Positions 8,326 to 18,402 of a stretch of 64,000 nt of DNA are shown in pieces. Position 1 is the stretch's first letter. The number at the start of each line of letters is the position of its first letter. The position numbers were made by a program, and so were the translations under genes. The DNA comes from an uncultured Gammaproteobacteria bacterium. GTDB lineage: Bacteria; Patescibacteriota; Patescibacteriia; Magasanikbacterales; GWA2-37-8. The notes under the pieces were generated by a model. The model was not told where the DNA came from, made no database searches, and saw nothing but the letters and a program-made list of their open reading frames with translations. The stretch is from the NCBI GenBank assembly GCA_964536725.1, contig CAZHYJ010000002.1, forward strand, positions 91,219-155,218, given 5' to 3'.

Positions 8326-10155
8326 ATGGTTAATACAACTTTTGTTAGTGGTCAGTCGCTTGATATTCAAGCTGAAAAATTGGATGTTTTAAAAAATAAC
8401 TTTCCAGAAATATTTACGGAAGGTAAGATTGACTGTCTAAAATTGAAGCAAACACTTGGTGAGTCAGTTAGTACCGATAGTGAACGATATGGTTTGAGTT
8501 GGGCTGGTAAGAGCAACTGTTTTAATGACATTCAGACGCCTACTATGGCGACTTTGGTGCCAAACAGGGACGAATCAGTGGATTTTGATAAGACTAAGAA
8601 TTTGTTTATTGAGGGTGAAAATCTAGAGGTTCTGAAGGTGTTGCAAAAAAGTTATCACAGCAAAGTAAAAATGATATATATCGACCCTCCGTACAATACT
8701 GGCACTGATAGTTTTGTTTACCCAGATAACTTTAGTGAGTCAGAGCAAGAATATTTGAAAAAGGCGGGAGACGTGGCGGAGACAGGAGAGTTGCTTAGAG
8801 ATTTTCATAAGAATTCCAAAGATGGTGGTAGATATCATAGTAACTGGTTGAATATGATTTACCCGCGTTTATTTTTAGCGCGTAATTTACTGCGTGAGGA
8901 TGGAGTTATTTTTGTGTCTATTGACGATAATGAAGCGCATAATCTACGTATGGTGATGAACGAGGTCTTTGGCGAGGAAAATTTTATTGGATCAATGATT
9001 CGCAAATCCAAGATAGGCGGCGGTTCTGATAGCAAATTTATCGTTAAGGAGCATGAATATTTAATTGTTTTTGCAAAAGATGCTCAGGGTTTGCCAGAAA
9101 TGTTTACGCCACACAATATAGAATATTTAAAACGCTACAAAGAAGAAGACGAAAATGGAAAATATTTTTGGGATACGTTTTCGAGACCTGGTCTAAAAAA
9201 TCCAATAAATTATGATGTTAAATTGCCAGACGGAACATTTAAAAACGGTGATTGGATAAGGTCTAAAGATAGATTTGAAGATGATTTAGAAAACGAAGAA
9301 ATCAGGTTTGTAAAAAAAGAAGACGGGTCTTGGAGTGTGCAGTTTAAACAATATTTGAATGAAGATGGTAAAAAACCAAGGTCTTTTTCTTCTGACTTAG
9401 GTTCGACAATTGATGGGAAAAAAGACATAAAAAGAATATTTGAAAACTCTAAAATCTTTTCGTACCCAAAGCCGGTAAAATTAATTAAGTTTATCGTTGA
9501 TATAGTAACTGAACCCGGGGATATCGTCTTAGATTTTTTTGCTGGATCAGGGACAACAGCAGATGCGATAATGCAATTGAATTCAATGAATGATGGTGAT
9601 AGAAATTTTATTTTAGTACAGATACCAGAACAAACCGACATAAAGAGTGTGGCATATAAGGAGGGGTATAAGACGATATCTGCTATTTGTGTCGAAAGAA
9701 TATGTCGTGCAAGTAATAAGATTAAAAAAGATTTGGAAAGCAAGCATATCGCAGACGTCGGTTTTAAAGTTTTAAAGTTGGAACAGAGTAATTTTAAAAT
9801 TTGGCGCGCAAGTAGTAACGATAGTGCCACAACATTGCAAGCCAAACTCGAGGACGTGGTGGAGAATGTTAAGTCAAAAGCAAATAAGGAAAGTATTCTT
9901 TTGGAACTCTTGCTTAAGTCCGGTGTTGAGCCAACTGTTGAGGTGGAAGACAAGAAGGATTTTTATTTAGTCAAAGAACATCAACTAGCAATTTGCCTAG
10001 CTGATAAAATTACCGAAAAAATAGTAGCAGATATTGTTGCCGAAAAACCTAAAACTGTTTTGTGTTTGGATACTTCGTTTGTCGGCAACGACCAGTTAAA
10101 AACCAATATCGCGCTTCAGCTTAAAAGTGAGGGGGTTGAGTTTAAAGTGGTATGA
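8326..10155 (+). CDS. mod: Type III R-M methyltransferase (Mod)
   Basis: ERYGLSWAGK, IYIDPPYNTG, HSNWLNMIYPRL, LDFFAGSGTT; res lies downstream. Confidence 0.95.
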   Translation: MVNTTFVSGQSLDIQAEKLDVLKNNFPEIFTEGKIDCLKLKQTLGESVSTDSERYGLSWAGKSNCFNDIQTPTMATLVPNRDESVDFDKTKNLFIEGENLEVLKVLQKSYHSKVKMIYIDPPYNTGTDSFVYPDNFSESEQEYLKKAGDVAETGELLRDFHKNSKDGGRYHSNWLNMIYPRLFLARNLLREDGVIFVSIDDNEAHNLRMVMNEVFGEENFIGSMIRKSKIGGGSDSKFIVKEHEYLIVFAKDAQGLPEMFTPHNIEYLKRYKEEDENGKYFWDTFSRPGLKNPINYDVKLPDGTFKNGDWIRSKDRFEDDLENEEIRFVKKEDGSWSVQFKQYLNEDGKKPRSFSSDLGSTIDGKKDIKRIFENSKIFSYPKPVKLIKFIVDIVTEPGDIVLDFFAGSGTTADAIMQLNSMNDGDRNFILVQIPEQTDIKSVAYKEGYKTISAICVERICRASNKIKKDLESKHIADVGFKVLKLEQSNFKIWRASSNDSATTLQAKLEDVVENVKSKANKESILLELLLKSGVEPTVEVEDKKDFYLVKEHQLAICLADKITEKIVADIVAEKPKTVLCLDTSFVGNDQLKTNIALQLKSEGVEFKVV

Positions 10156-11915
10156 AGATAAAAAAAGTAATCCTAGAAAACTTTAGAGCATATAGAGAAA
10201 AAATTTGTATAGATTTTGACGACATGACAGTTTTGATTGGGCAGAATGATGTTGGCAAGTCATCTTGGCTGGAAGCTCTTGATATTTTTTTTGAGGCTGG
10301 TGTGGTTAAGGTAGAGCCAAAAGACAGTACCATTAAAGAGTCCGAAACATTTTTTGTAACAGTGGTTTTTGCCCCACCAGAAAAAATCGTTATTGATGCA
10401 CAAGCCACGACCGTGTTAAGTGATGAGTTTTTGCTTAATGCGGATGCGGATTTGGAAATAAAAAGATGTTTTAAAAATGGCAAGGCTGGGAAAACTTTCA
10501 TAGTTGCCAACCATCCAACAAACAAGGAGTTGAAGGGGTTAATATCCCAAAAAATAGACGAGCTGAAGGATCTTGCGAGTAAATTGGGTGTCAAAGATGA
10601 AGCTGTTGAAAATAAAACTAAATCAGCTTCTTGGCGCAAGGCGATTAGAGATGCTGTGGAATTAGAATTTGGTTACCAAGAGATCGATATCGAGGGGGCG
10701 AAGGATATTTGGGCGCAAATAGAAAAGCAATTTCCAGTGTATAGTTTGTTTCAGTCTGACAGAAAAAATATTGATACAGATAACGAAGTGCAGGATCCTT
10801 TAAAAGCGGCTACAAAAATAATTCTTGCCAGGGAAGAGATAAAAGCCCTGCTTGGAGATTTGGAGACAAAGGTCAAATTAGCAACTGAAGAAATATCTAA
10901 CAAGACATTGGAGAAATTAAACGAAATGAATCCTGAATTAGCAAAGCATTTGCATGCTGATTTTGACAAACCCAAGTGGGACTTAGTCTTTAAACCGTTT
11001 ATAGATACTGACGATGGTGTCCCTTTAAACAAAAGAGGTAGTGGTGTTCGAAGAATGATATTGTTAAATTTTCTTAGGGCTGAGGCAGAGCGCAAAGCAG
11101 AAGGTGAGAAAAAAGATTTAATCTATGCGATTGAGGAACCAGAAACTTCGCAGCATCCTTTCCACCAAAGAATGATGATTGAGGCTTTGTTAGAACTTTC
11201 AAAAAGACACAATATCCAAGTGATTATAACGACGCATAGTCCGCAACTTATTAAAGATGTTGGATACAAGAATATACGTTTTATAGCTAAAACCGAAGAT
11301 AAAGCTAGACAAATAATATCTGGTGAAAAAGCAATGCAAATGACAATTAATGAGTTGGGTGAGTTGCCAAGAATTGATGGGGGTTACCTGTTTTGTGTTG
11401 AAGGCCAAAATGATGTTTCGTTTTTTAGAAATGTAGCAGGGGTGGTTAACTTATTTGATCTTAACAACATTCCGATATTACCTTTAAATGGTGGTTTTAT
11501 TAAAAAGTGGGCTGAGGAACATTATTTGGAAAATACTGATGTAAAGGAGTTTCATCTTTATGATCGTGATAATAAGGACGAAAGATACAAAGCAACAGCC
11601 GAGAAAGTTAGTAGCTGGCCTAATGCGCAAGCTGTTATAACCAAGAAGAGGGAGATCGAAAATTATGTTCACCCCAGTTTGATTAATGATAAATTTGGTT
11701 TAGACTTGGTTTTTGACGGATCTTGGGACGACAAGAATATTCCCAAAATATGTGCAGATAGAACTGGGGAAAAGGAGGAAGTGATAAAAGAAATTATTTG
11801 CGGTGAGTTATCCGTTAAAATGACAAAAGATTTTTTTGAAGAAATAGAAGCGTGGGATGAGGTAAGGGGCTGGTTTGAGCAAATGAATAAATTAGCGTTA
11901 AGTGGTTCAAAATAA
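10152..11915 (+). CDS. OLD-family ATP-dependent endonuclease (ABC ATPase + TOPRIM)
   Basis: ENFRAY, Walker A GQNDVGKS, signature RGSGVRR, Walker B IEEPETSQHP, TTHSP; TOPRIM VEGQND and DRD, KREIENY. Confidence 0.88.
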   Translation: MKIKKVILENFRAYREKICIDFDDMTVLIGQNDVGKSSWLEALDIFFEAGVVKVEPKDSTIKESETFFVTVVFAPPEKIVIDAQATTVLSDEFLLNADADLEIKRCFKNGKAGKTFIVANHPTNKELKGLISQKIDELKDLASKLGVKDEAVENKTKSASWRKAIRDAVELEFGYQEIDIEGAKDIWAQIEKQFPVYSLFQSDRKNIDTDNEVQDPLKAATKIILAREEIKALLGDLETKVKLATEEISNKTLEKLNEMNPELAKHLHADFDKPKWDLVFKPFIDTDDGVPLNKRGSGVRRMILLNFLRAEAERKAEGEKKDLIYAIEEPETSQHPFHQRMMIEALLELSKRHNIQVIITTHSPQLIKDVGYKNIRFIAKTEDKARQIISGEKAMQMTINELGELPRIDGGYLFCVEGQNDVSFFRNVAGVVNLFDLNNIPILPLNGGFIKKWAEEHYLENTDVKEFHLYDRDNKDERYKATAEKVSSWPNAQAVITKKREIENYVHPSLINDKFGLDLVFDGSWDDKNIPKICADRTGEKEEVIKEIICGELSVKMTKDFFEEIEAWDEVRGWFEQMNKLALSGSK

Positions 11916-11922
11916 ACTTATT

Positions 11923-14604
11923 ATGAAACTCCAATTCGACCCAAATCAACAGTATCAACTTGATGCCATCAAATCCACGGTGGACGTTTTTGAAGGTCAG
12001 CCATTATCTGGTGGCGATTTTGAATTTACGCTCCTTCACACACAAAGTGGTTTGCGGTTGCCTAGTACCGGAGTAGCCAATAATTTGTTAATTGATGCTC
12101 AGACGATGCTTAATAATGTTAATGTGGTTAAAGAGAGGAACGGAGTACCGCTAGAAAAGGATGGAACGTCATTGGGTGTAGTGGAAATTGGGGCTGGGGT
12201 CTTTCCCCAGTTTACAATCGAAATGGAAACTGCGACCGGTAAGACCTATGTCTACCTTCGTACCGTATATGAGTTAAACAAGCAGTATGGCTTTAAGAAG
12301 TTTATCATTGTGGTTCCGAGTATAGCTATCCGAGAAGGTGTACTAAAGAATTTGGAAATAACCAAAGACCATTTTGCCTCATTGTACAATAATGTTCCAG
12401 TGGATTATTTTGTCTATGACAGTCGGAAGCTTGGTAAACTTAGAGGCTTTGCCACTGGTAATACTTTACAAATAATGGTGATTAACATCGATGCCTTTAA
12501 CAAGGATATTAACATAATGCACCAAGATGTGGACCGGCTGCAAGGTAAGCCAATAGATTTTATACGACAAACTTCCCCGATAGTAGTGATGGACGAACCA
12601 CAAAACATGGAGTCGGACACAGCCAAAAAAGCCATTGCAAGTTTAAATCCTCTATGCACTTTTAGATACAGTGCTACTCACCGCAATTATTACAACTTGT
12701 TATACAAGTTAGATCCAGTGCAAGCATACGACCTTGGATTGGTAAAAAAAATAGAAGTAGATTCGGTGCTTTCTGACTCTGATGCAAACAACGCTTTTGT
12801 GCAGTTGGTTTCTATCGACAGCAAAAAGAAAGGTATAACCGCCAAAATCAAAATTCATGTAAATGAGAAAGACGGAGCATCTTCAAAGCAAGTAACAATA
12901 AAACCAGGGAGTGACTTGTTTGAGTTATCCAAGGAGCGGGAAGTTTATAAAAGTGGTTTTACCGTAGAAGGGATTGACGCAGAAAATGGCTATATCGAAT
13001 TTAGCAATGGTGTTGTCATTAAAAACGGTGAGACGCGTGGTGGTTTGTCCGATGAAATAATGAAGGAACAAATCCGTGAAACTATTCGCGAGCACTTTGA
13101 GAAAGAGTTGAAGTTGACTGCCAAGGGTATAAAAGTTTTGTCTTTGTTCTTTATAGACAGGGTGGCAAATTACCGCGCCTATAGTGGTAACGAACAACAG
13201 AAGGGTAAAATCGCCCAGTGGTTTGAAGAAATTTATAGTGAGATGGCGAAGTTGGAGAAGTACAAGGAGCTGAACTTGGCGGAGGCAGGATTGGTGCACA
13301 ATGGCTATTTTTCGATAGACAACAAAGGACATGTAAAAGACACTAATGGTCAGACACAGGCAGATGACGATACTTATGCTTTAATTATGAAGGACAAAGA
13401 GAGACTGCTGTCTTTTAGAGAACCGTTAAGATTTATTTTTTCTCACTCTGCCTTGCGTGAAGGTTGGGACAGTCCAAACGTTTTTCAAATTTGTACACTA
13501 AACGAAACGAAATCAGAATTAAAAAAACGACAAGAAATTGGTCGTGGTTTGAGATTGGCAGTCAACCAAGATGGCGAGCGTATTTTTGACACCACGATTA
13601 ATCGTTTGACTGTTATTGCTAATGAGAGTTATGAAGAGTTTGCTAATAAACTACAAACAGAGATACATGACGAGTGTGGGGTAGACTTTACTGGTAGAAT
13701 AAAAAATAAGAAAAAATCTAAAGTGGTGAAGGTGAAGAAAGGTTACCAGTTAGATGAAAACTTTAAAGCACTTTGGGATAAGATAAAGCAAAAGACCAAG
13801 TACCAGGTGGAATTTAAAACTGATGAATTGATTGCAAAATCTGCTAAGGCAGTAAAAGAAATGTCTCGAATAGAGTCAATTAAAATAAAAGTAAGCAAAG
13901 CCAGGATTGAAATGAAGCAGGAGGGAATTTTTGCTACTCCGCCATCGAGAGAGAAGGATATTGAGTTTGTAATTAACGACCTTTTTATTCCCGACGTTTT
14001 GCACTACATACAAACCAAAGTGGAGCTTACCAGAGATACTATCTACAAAATTATTTTGAAATCAGACAGGTTGGACGATATACTGGTTAACCCACAACAA
14101 TTTGTTGATCAAGTGTCAGAGATAATTAGATTTACCTTACAGCAGATGATGGTGGACGGAATTAAGTATGAGAAGATAGCTGGGCAGGAATATAAGATGA
14201 CATTGTTTGAGTCGGAGGAACTAATGGTATATTTGAGCGACAAAAATACTTACGAGGTCAAAGACAAAGCAAAGACTGTTTATGATTATTATGAACTAGA
14301 CTCAGAAGTTGAGTCAGATTTTATTAAAGCATTGGAAGAGCGTGAGGATATTTTGTTCTACGTTAAATTACCTCGGTGGTTTACCATTGGTACACCGATT
14401 GGTACATATAATCCAGATTGGGCGATTGTGTTTGAGGGTGATAAGAAGTTGTATTTTGTGGCTGAGACAAAGGGAACTAACAAGGTGGAACAATTGAAAT
14501 TGTCAGAGCAGTTAAAGATTAGGTGCGGTGAAAAACATTTTGCAGAATTTGAAGGTGTAGAATTTAAAGCGCCGGTGGTTGGATTGCAGGATGTGTTAAA
14601 ATAA
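11923..14604 (+). CDS. res: Type III R-M restriction subunit (Res)
   Basis: MKLQFDPNQQYQ, EMETATGKT, DEPQ, RYSATH, SALREGWD, QEIGRGLR, nuclease YNPDWA...ETKG; start moved to ATG 11923. Confidence 0.95.
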   Translation: MKLQFDPNQQYQLDAIKSTVDVFEGQPLSGGDFEFTLLHTQSGLRLPSTGVANNLLIDAQTMLNNVNVVKERNGVPLEKDGTSLGVVEIGAGVFPQFTIEMETATGKTYVYLRTVYELNKQYGFKKFIIVVPSIAIREGVLKNLEITKDHFASLYNNVPVDYFVYDSRKLGKLRGFATGNTLQIMVINIDAFNKDINIMHQDVDRLQGKPIDFIRQTSPIVVMDEPQNMESDTAKKAIASLNPLCTFRYSATHRNYYNLLYKLDPVQAYDLGLVKKIEVDSVLSDSDANNAFVQLVSIDSKKKGITAKIKIHVNEKDGASSKQVTIKPGSDLFELSKEREVYKSGFTVEGIDAENGYIEFSNGVVIKNGETRGGLSDEIMKEQIRETIREHFEKELKLTAKGIKVLSLFFIDRVANYRAYSGNEQQKGKIAQWFEEIYSEMAKLEKYKELNLAEAGLVHNGYFSIDNKGHVKDTNGQTQADDDTYALIMKDKERLLSFREPLRFIFSHSALREGWDSPNVFQICTLNETKSELKKRQEIGRGLRLAVNQDGERIFDTTINRLTVIANESYEEFANKLQTEIHDECGVDFTGRIKNKKKSKVVKVKKGYQLDENFKALWDKIKQKTKYQVEFKTDELIAKSAKAVKEMSRIESIKIKVSKARIEMKQEGIFATPPSREKDIEFVINDLFIPDVLHYIQTKVELTRDTIYKIILKSDRLDDILVNPQQFVDQVSEIIRFTLQQMMVDGIKYEKIAGQEYKMTLFESEELMVYLSDKNTYEVKDKAKTVYDYYELDSEVESDFIKALEEREDILFYVKLPRWFTIGTPIGTYNPDWAIVFEGDKKLYFVAETKGTNKVEQLKLSEQLKIRCGEKHFAEFEGVEFKAPVVGLQDVLK

Positions 14605-14609
14605 ATATT

Positions 14610-15053
14610 ATGACTGGAGTAAAAGTTGTCTCTGAAGAATTTGTGCAACGTACAATTATTTGTTGGTTATCAAGTCATGGTTGGGGAGCGAGTTTGCGGT
14701 TTGGCGCATTACATGATAAGGGTGTGGATATTAAAGTTAGACACAATAAATATTCTAGATATTTTTTGATTGAAACAAAAGGTGAGGGAAGTGCTACTTC
14801 TAAATCACGTAATTCCCAAAAAGAAACCCATTTTGTTTTTGGTTTAGGACAGATAGTGACGCGTATGAATTGTGGTGGTAGTACTAGAAATTATTATGGT
14901 TTAGGATTGCCTGAATCTAGTGCTAAAATTGCTCTGCGTCGTTTGCCTTGGCAGGTTGCTAAAAAATTATTACTGCATATATTTTCTGTTAACGGAAACG
15001 GCGAGGTAGTACAATTTAGTTGGAAGGAATTAAAAAAAATTCAAGAAAAATAG
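14610..15053 (+). CDS. Small PD-(D/E)xK restriction-endonuclease-like protein
   Basis: SEEFVQ, GVDI, LIETKG, LGQI. Confidence 0.65.
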   Translation: MTGVKVVSEEFVQRTIICWLSSHGWGASLRFGALHDKGVDIKVRHNKYSRYFLIETKGEGSATSKSRNSQKETHFVFGLGQIVTRMNCGGSTRNYYGLGLPESSAKIALRRLPWQVAKKLLLHIFSVNGNGEVVQFSWKELKKIQEK

Positions 15054-15078
15054 GTTAATTGTTATTAGTCAACTTCTT

Positions 15079-15834
15079 ATGTCCCAATACTACAACCCCC
15101 AACGCACCACCAAAATGTACACCGGCCTGTCTTCCGATAAACCGTTCGCATTGTCCCGTTCCAAAATTGACCTTTTCCTAGAGTGTCCGCGTTGTTTTTA
15201 TCTTGATCGCAAACTGGGTGTTGGACGCCCACCAGGATTTCCGTTTAATTTAAATACAGCGGTTGATCATCTTTTAAAATTAGAATTTGATATTCATCGG
15301 GTGAACGGGACCAAACATCCGTTGATTGAAAAATATGGCGTTGATGCTCAGCCGGTCGCGCATCGTGATTTGGATAAATGGCGTGCCAATTTTACCGGTG
15401 TGCGCTATTTGCATACTCCCACCAATTTGATGATCTTTGGCGCGATTGATGATCTGTGGATAAATTCTAAAGGTGAATATATTGTGGTGGATTACAAAGC
15501 CACATCAAAAGATGAGAAAATTACCAAATTAAACCAAGGTTGGCAGATTGGGTACAAACGACAGATGGAAGTATATCAGTGGCTTTTGCGTCAGAATGGT
15601 TTTAAGGTTTCTAATACTGGATATTTTGTCTATTGCAATGGTCAAAAAGATCGTAAAGCTTTTGATGGTAAATTGGAATTTGATGTGACTTTGATTGCGT
15701 ACAAGGGTGATGATTCGTGGGTGGAGAAAACTATTGTTAAAGCGCACAAGTGTTTGAACGGTGGTAAGATTCCGAAGGCGAGCGGGGAGTGTGATTATTG
15801 TAATTATATTAAGGCGGTGAATAGTAAATTATAA
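15079..15834 (+). CDS. PD-(D/E)xK nuclease, Cas4/AddB-like
   Basis: LSRSKI..FLECPRCF, GAIDDL, VVDYKAT, RQMEVY, C-terminal CDYC. Confidence 0.85.
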   Translation: MSQYYNPQRTTKMYTGLSSDKPFALSRSKIDLFLECPRCFYLDRKLGVGRPPGFPFNLNTAVDHLLKLEFDIHRVNGTKHPLIEKYGVDAQPVAHRDLDKWRANFTGVRYLHTPTNLMIFGAIDDLWINSKGEYIVVDYKATSKDEKITKLNQGWQIGYKRQMEVYQWLLRQNGFKVSNTGYFVYCNGQKDRKAFDGKLEFDVTLIAYKGDDSWVEKTIVKAHKCLNGGKIPKASGECDYCNYIKAVNSKL

Positions 15835-15840
15835 TATATT

Positions 15841-16122
15841 ATGTCTAAACGTAAATTTGAAATTATAATAGGTGTTGTTGGTTTATTAGTTGTGGTTGGT
15901 TGTTTTGCTGCGGCCGAACGGGGGACACATTATTTCAAAATACCAGTATTTAAAACACTATACGATATAGCCAAGGTCTCGGCTGTGGTATTTTATGGAA
16001 TTTGCAAATTGTTTATAGTCGGTATTTGGAATGCTGTAATGAGTAATTGGTTAACTGGATTGGTGTCATTTGGATTAGTCTTGTTGGTGGTGTTGTTATA
16101 CTACTACAGGAAAAATAATTAA
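15841..16122 (+). CDS. Small membrane protein
   Basis: 93 aa with 3 hydrophobic segments. Confidence 0.65.
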   Translation: MSKRKFEIIIGVVGLLVVVGCFAAAERGTHYFKIPVFKTLYDIAKVSAVVFYGICKLFIVGIWNAVMSNWLTGLVSFGLVLLVVLLYYYRKNN

Positions 16123-16205
16123 TAAATCTTCTTTAATATGGGGTCGTTTGAAATTAAGCTTGCGGCCAAAAAAGATCGTTGTAGTAACCCTGATAATTTT
16201 AAGAA

Positions 16206-17441
16206 ATGAACCAAGCTAAAGCTTTAAAAATCCTACAATCCGGGGAGAATGTTTTTTTGACTGGTTCTGCTGGTAGTGGAAAGACTTTTTTGTTAAACAA
16301 ATTTGTTGACTACTTAACATGTAAGAAGATAAAGGTGGGGATAACCGCTTCCACCGGTATTGCTGCGACCCATTTAAACGGACGGACTATTCACTCTTGG
16401 TGTGGAATGGGGATTGAAAAGAAGATGAGTGCTAAAAAAATTAAAAAGATGTTGAAGCGACCAGAGTTGTTTGAAAGGATTAAAACTGCTGCCGTTTTGA
16501 TTATCGATGAAATCTCCATGCTCGACGCCGATCGTTTGGATCTGGTTGATAAGATTTGCAAGGCGGTCAGAAATCCCTTTGCTCCGTTTGGTGGAATTCA
16601 AATTGTTTTGTGTGGCGATTTTTTCCAATTGCCCCCGGTCAACAAAGATTCAAAATTTGCTTTTCATTCTTTTGCATGGAAACATTCAAATATCAAAGTC
16701 TGTTATTTAGACGAACAATTTAGACAGGATGATAAGGAGTTTTTAAATGTTTTAAACAAAATACGCGCCAATGAAGTTGGGGAAAAAGAATTGGAGTTGT
16801 TAAAATCTAGATTGCACGAACCGGTTACGCACGCGCCCAAGTTGACCAAGCTCTATACCCACAACATCAATGTGGATGCGTATAATGATTTTGAATTGTC
16901 CAACATCCAAAAGGAAGAAAAAATATATCGTATAACTGAACACGGCCCCGAAGAGTTGGTGAATTTTTTGAAGAAAAGTTATCCTGCTGTGGAAGAATTA
17001 AAGTTGAAAGTTGGTGCGGTGGTGATGTTTATAAAAAACAATTTTGATAGTGGTTATGTCAATGGCACTTTGGGGGAGGTAGTTGATTTTGATGACGGCG
17101 GTTATCCGATTGTTAAAACTAGAAATAAAGAAAAAATTGTTGCTATGCCGTCTAGTTGGAATATTGAGGAAGACGAAGTGGTTTTGGCGAGTATTAGGCA
17201 GGTGCCATTGCGTTTGGCTTGGGCGATAACCGTACACAAAAGTCAGGGGATGAGTCTGGATGCAGCGGAGATAGACCTGTCCAAGTCATTTGAACGTGGT
17301 ATGGGCTATGTGGCTTTATCGCGTGTGCGATCTTTAAGTAGTATCCGTTTGATGGGGATAAATGAAATGGCTTTGCAGGTGAATGAACAGGTGGTTAAAA
17401 AGGATAAGGATTTTAAGGTTTTGTCGGAGCAGAATAAATAG
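16206..17441 (+). CDS. PIF1-family SF1B helicase
   Basis: GSAGSGKT, IDEISM, FGGIQ..CGDFFQLPP, QVPLRLAWAITVHKSQGMSL, YVALSR. Confidence 0.93.
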   Translation: MNQAKALKILQSGENVFLTGSAGSGKTFLLNKFVDYLTCKKIKVGITASTGIAATHLNGRTIHSWCGMGIEKKMSAKKIKKMLKRPELFERIKTAAVLIIDEISMLDADRLDLVDKICKAVRNPFAPFGGIQIVLCGDFFQLPPVNKDSKFAFHSFAWKHSNIKVCYLDEQFRQDDKEFLNVLNKIRANEVGEKELELLKSRLHEPVTHAPKLTKLYTHNINVDAYNDFELSNIQKEEKIYRITEHGPEELVNFLKKSYPAVEELKLKVGAVVMFIKNNFDSGYVNGTLGEVVDFDDGGYPIVKTRNKEKIVAMPSSWNIEEDEVVLASIRQVPLRLAWAITVHKSQGMSLDAAEIDLSKSFERGMGYVALSRVRSLSSIRLMGINEMALQVNEQVVKKDKDFKVLSEQNK

Positions 17442-17444
17442 GGT

Positions 17445-17543
17445 AAAAAAATAACCCCGAAGGGCTATTTCCAACCATGTTTCCTACTGCTGGTTTCCCA
17501 GCCACGCCACCGTCCGGTGACAGTTCGGATAACAGGTTTTTGT
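17445..17543 (-). ncRNA. Putative ~99-nt small RNA (RNA A), multi-branch fold plus terminator
   Basis: Extended -10 TGaTAAAAT (17550-17558); closing stem AACC-UGUU-AUCC/GGA-AACA-UGGUU; hairpins UGUCACC-GGAC-GGUGGCG and GCUGG-GAAA-CCAGC; terminator AAAUAGCCC-UUCG-GGGUUAUUU with U-run. Confidence 0.6.
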
Positions 17544-17576
17544 AAAATTATTTTATCACAGTTATGATATTTTGCA

Positions 17577-17619
17577 TAGCGCCGACTTTTTGATTTTAGT
17601 TTTTTGTGATAAAATATAC
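17577..17619 (+). repeat. 43-bp element upstream of the NYN gene (copy 1; copy 2 at 19501-19543)
   Basis: Ungapped alignment 36/43 identical; contains TGATAAAAT (extended -10). Confidence 0.75.
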
Positions 17620-17637
17620 CAAAATTAATTATTTTTT

Positions 17638-18390
17638 ATGTTCAAACCACAAACAACCAGGATAAATGAGGTAGCAAATAACTATCGTGTCAGAATTGCC
17701 GCTTTAGAGCAGTTGTTTTTTGGTACTGTGAATATTTACGTCGATTACGCCAATGTTAGACCGTGGGCAACTAAACTGGGTTGGAATATTGATCTAAGGA
17801 GGTTAAAACAGTTTTTGTATTCTTTCAATAATGTTGCGTCGGTAAAGTTTTATAGTGGACTACTGCTTGGGGATATTGATTCGGAAGATTTGGATGAAGA
17901 GTGTAAGAAGTTATTTAAAGATGATTATAAAACTAAGTCGGTAAAAATTTTAAAGAAGTCTATAGATTACAGCAGTATAAAATCAAATTCTTCAGACTTG
18001 CTGGAGCAGTTTGTACGCAAGTGTCTGCTTCGAGAATATACACTGGACACAATTGAATATTTGAACGAACGGTTTAGAGATTTAAATCAAATTGGTAAAT
18101 TATTCATAGAAGATAGAAAATGTAATTTTGATGTGGAAATTGGGACTGATATGGCTCTGGATTTAGAAAGAAAAGGTGTGGACACTTTTGTTTTATGGAG
18201 TGGCGACAGTGATTTTTATGATCCAGTATTAAAACTTCTAGAAAAAGGAAAAAGAGTAATATTGTTTGCGACGGCCAGAAAAGTATCGTCGGAGTTAAAT
18301 GATCTCGGCCAAAAAGGTTTGTGTATTTATGATATTCAAAAAATCAGGAATTTTATATGCTACAAGCGGCAGATTGATTTGAGTCTGTAA
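17638..18390 (+). CDS. NYN-domain (PIN-fold) ribonuclease
   Basis: YVDYANV, KCNFDVEI..D, LWSGDSDF acidic motifs. Confidence 0.88.
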   Translation: MFKPQTTRINEVANNYRVRIAALEQLFFGTVNIYVDYANVRPWATKLGWNIDLRRLKQFLYSFNNVASVKFYSGLLLGDIDSEDLDEECKKLFKDDYKTKSVKILKKSIDYSSIKSNSSDLLEQFVRKCLLREYTLDTIEYLNERFRDLNQIGKLFIEDRKCNFDVEIGTDMALDLERKGVDTFVLWSGDSDFYDPVLKLLEKGKRVILFATARKVSSELNDLGQKGLCIYDIQKIRNFICYKRQIDLSL

Positions 18391-18402
18391 AAAAATGGAT
18401 GC

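Noticed and set aside
9210-9953. 247-aa antisense ORF and the many short antisense ORFs in the track
   Set aside because: Fully overlap well-supported genes on the opposite strand and carry no recognisable motifs
8326-10155. Phase-variable mod (phasevarion)
   Set aside because: No simple-sequence repeat tract seen in the gene or its promoter
15079-15834. Cas4-like gene as evidence of CRISPR-Cas
   Set aside because: No cas1/cas2 and no repeat-spacer array seen in the window; solo Cas4-like nucleases are common
10152-17441. Canonical Gabija (OLD + helicase)
   Set aside because: No adjacent UvrD-type GajB; PIF1 is over 4 kb away and of a different family
17445-17543. RNA A as 5S rRNA (contains CCGAAC and AGUAGG)
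   Set aside because: Too short without the terminator, helix layout differs from 5S, and no rRNA context
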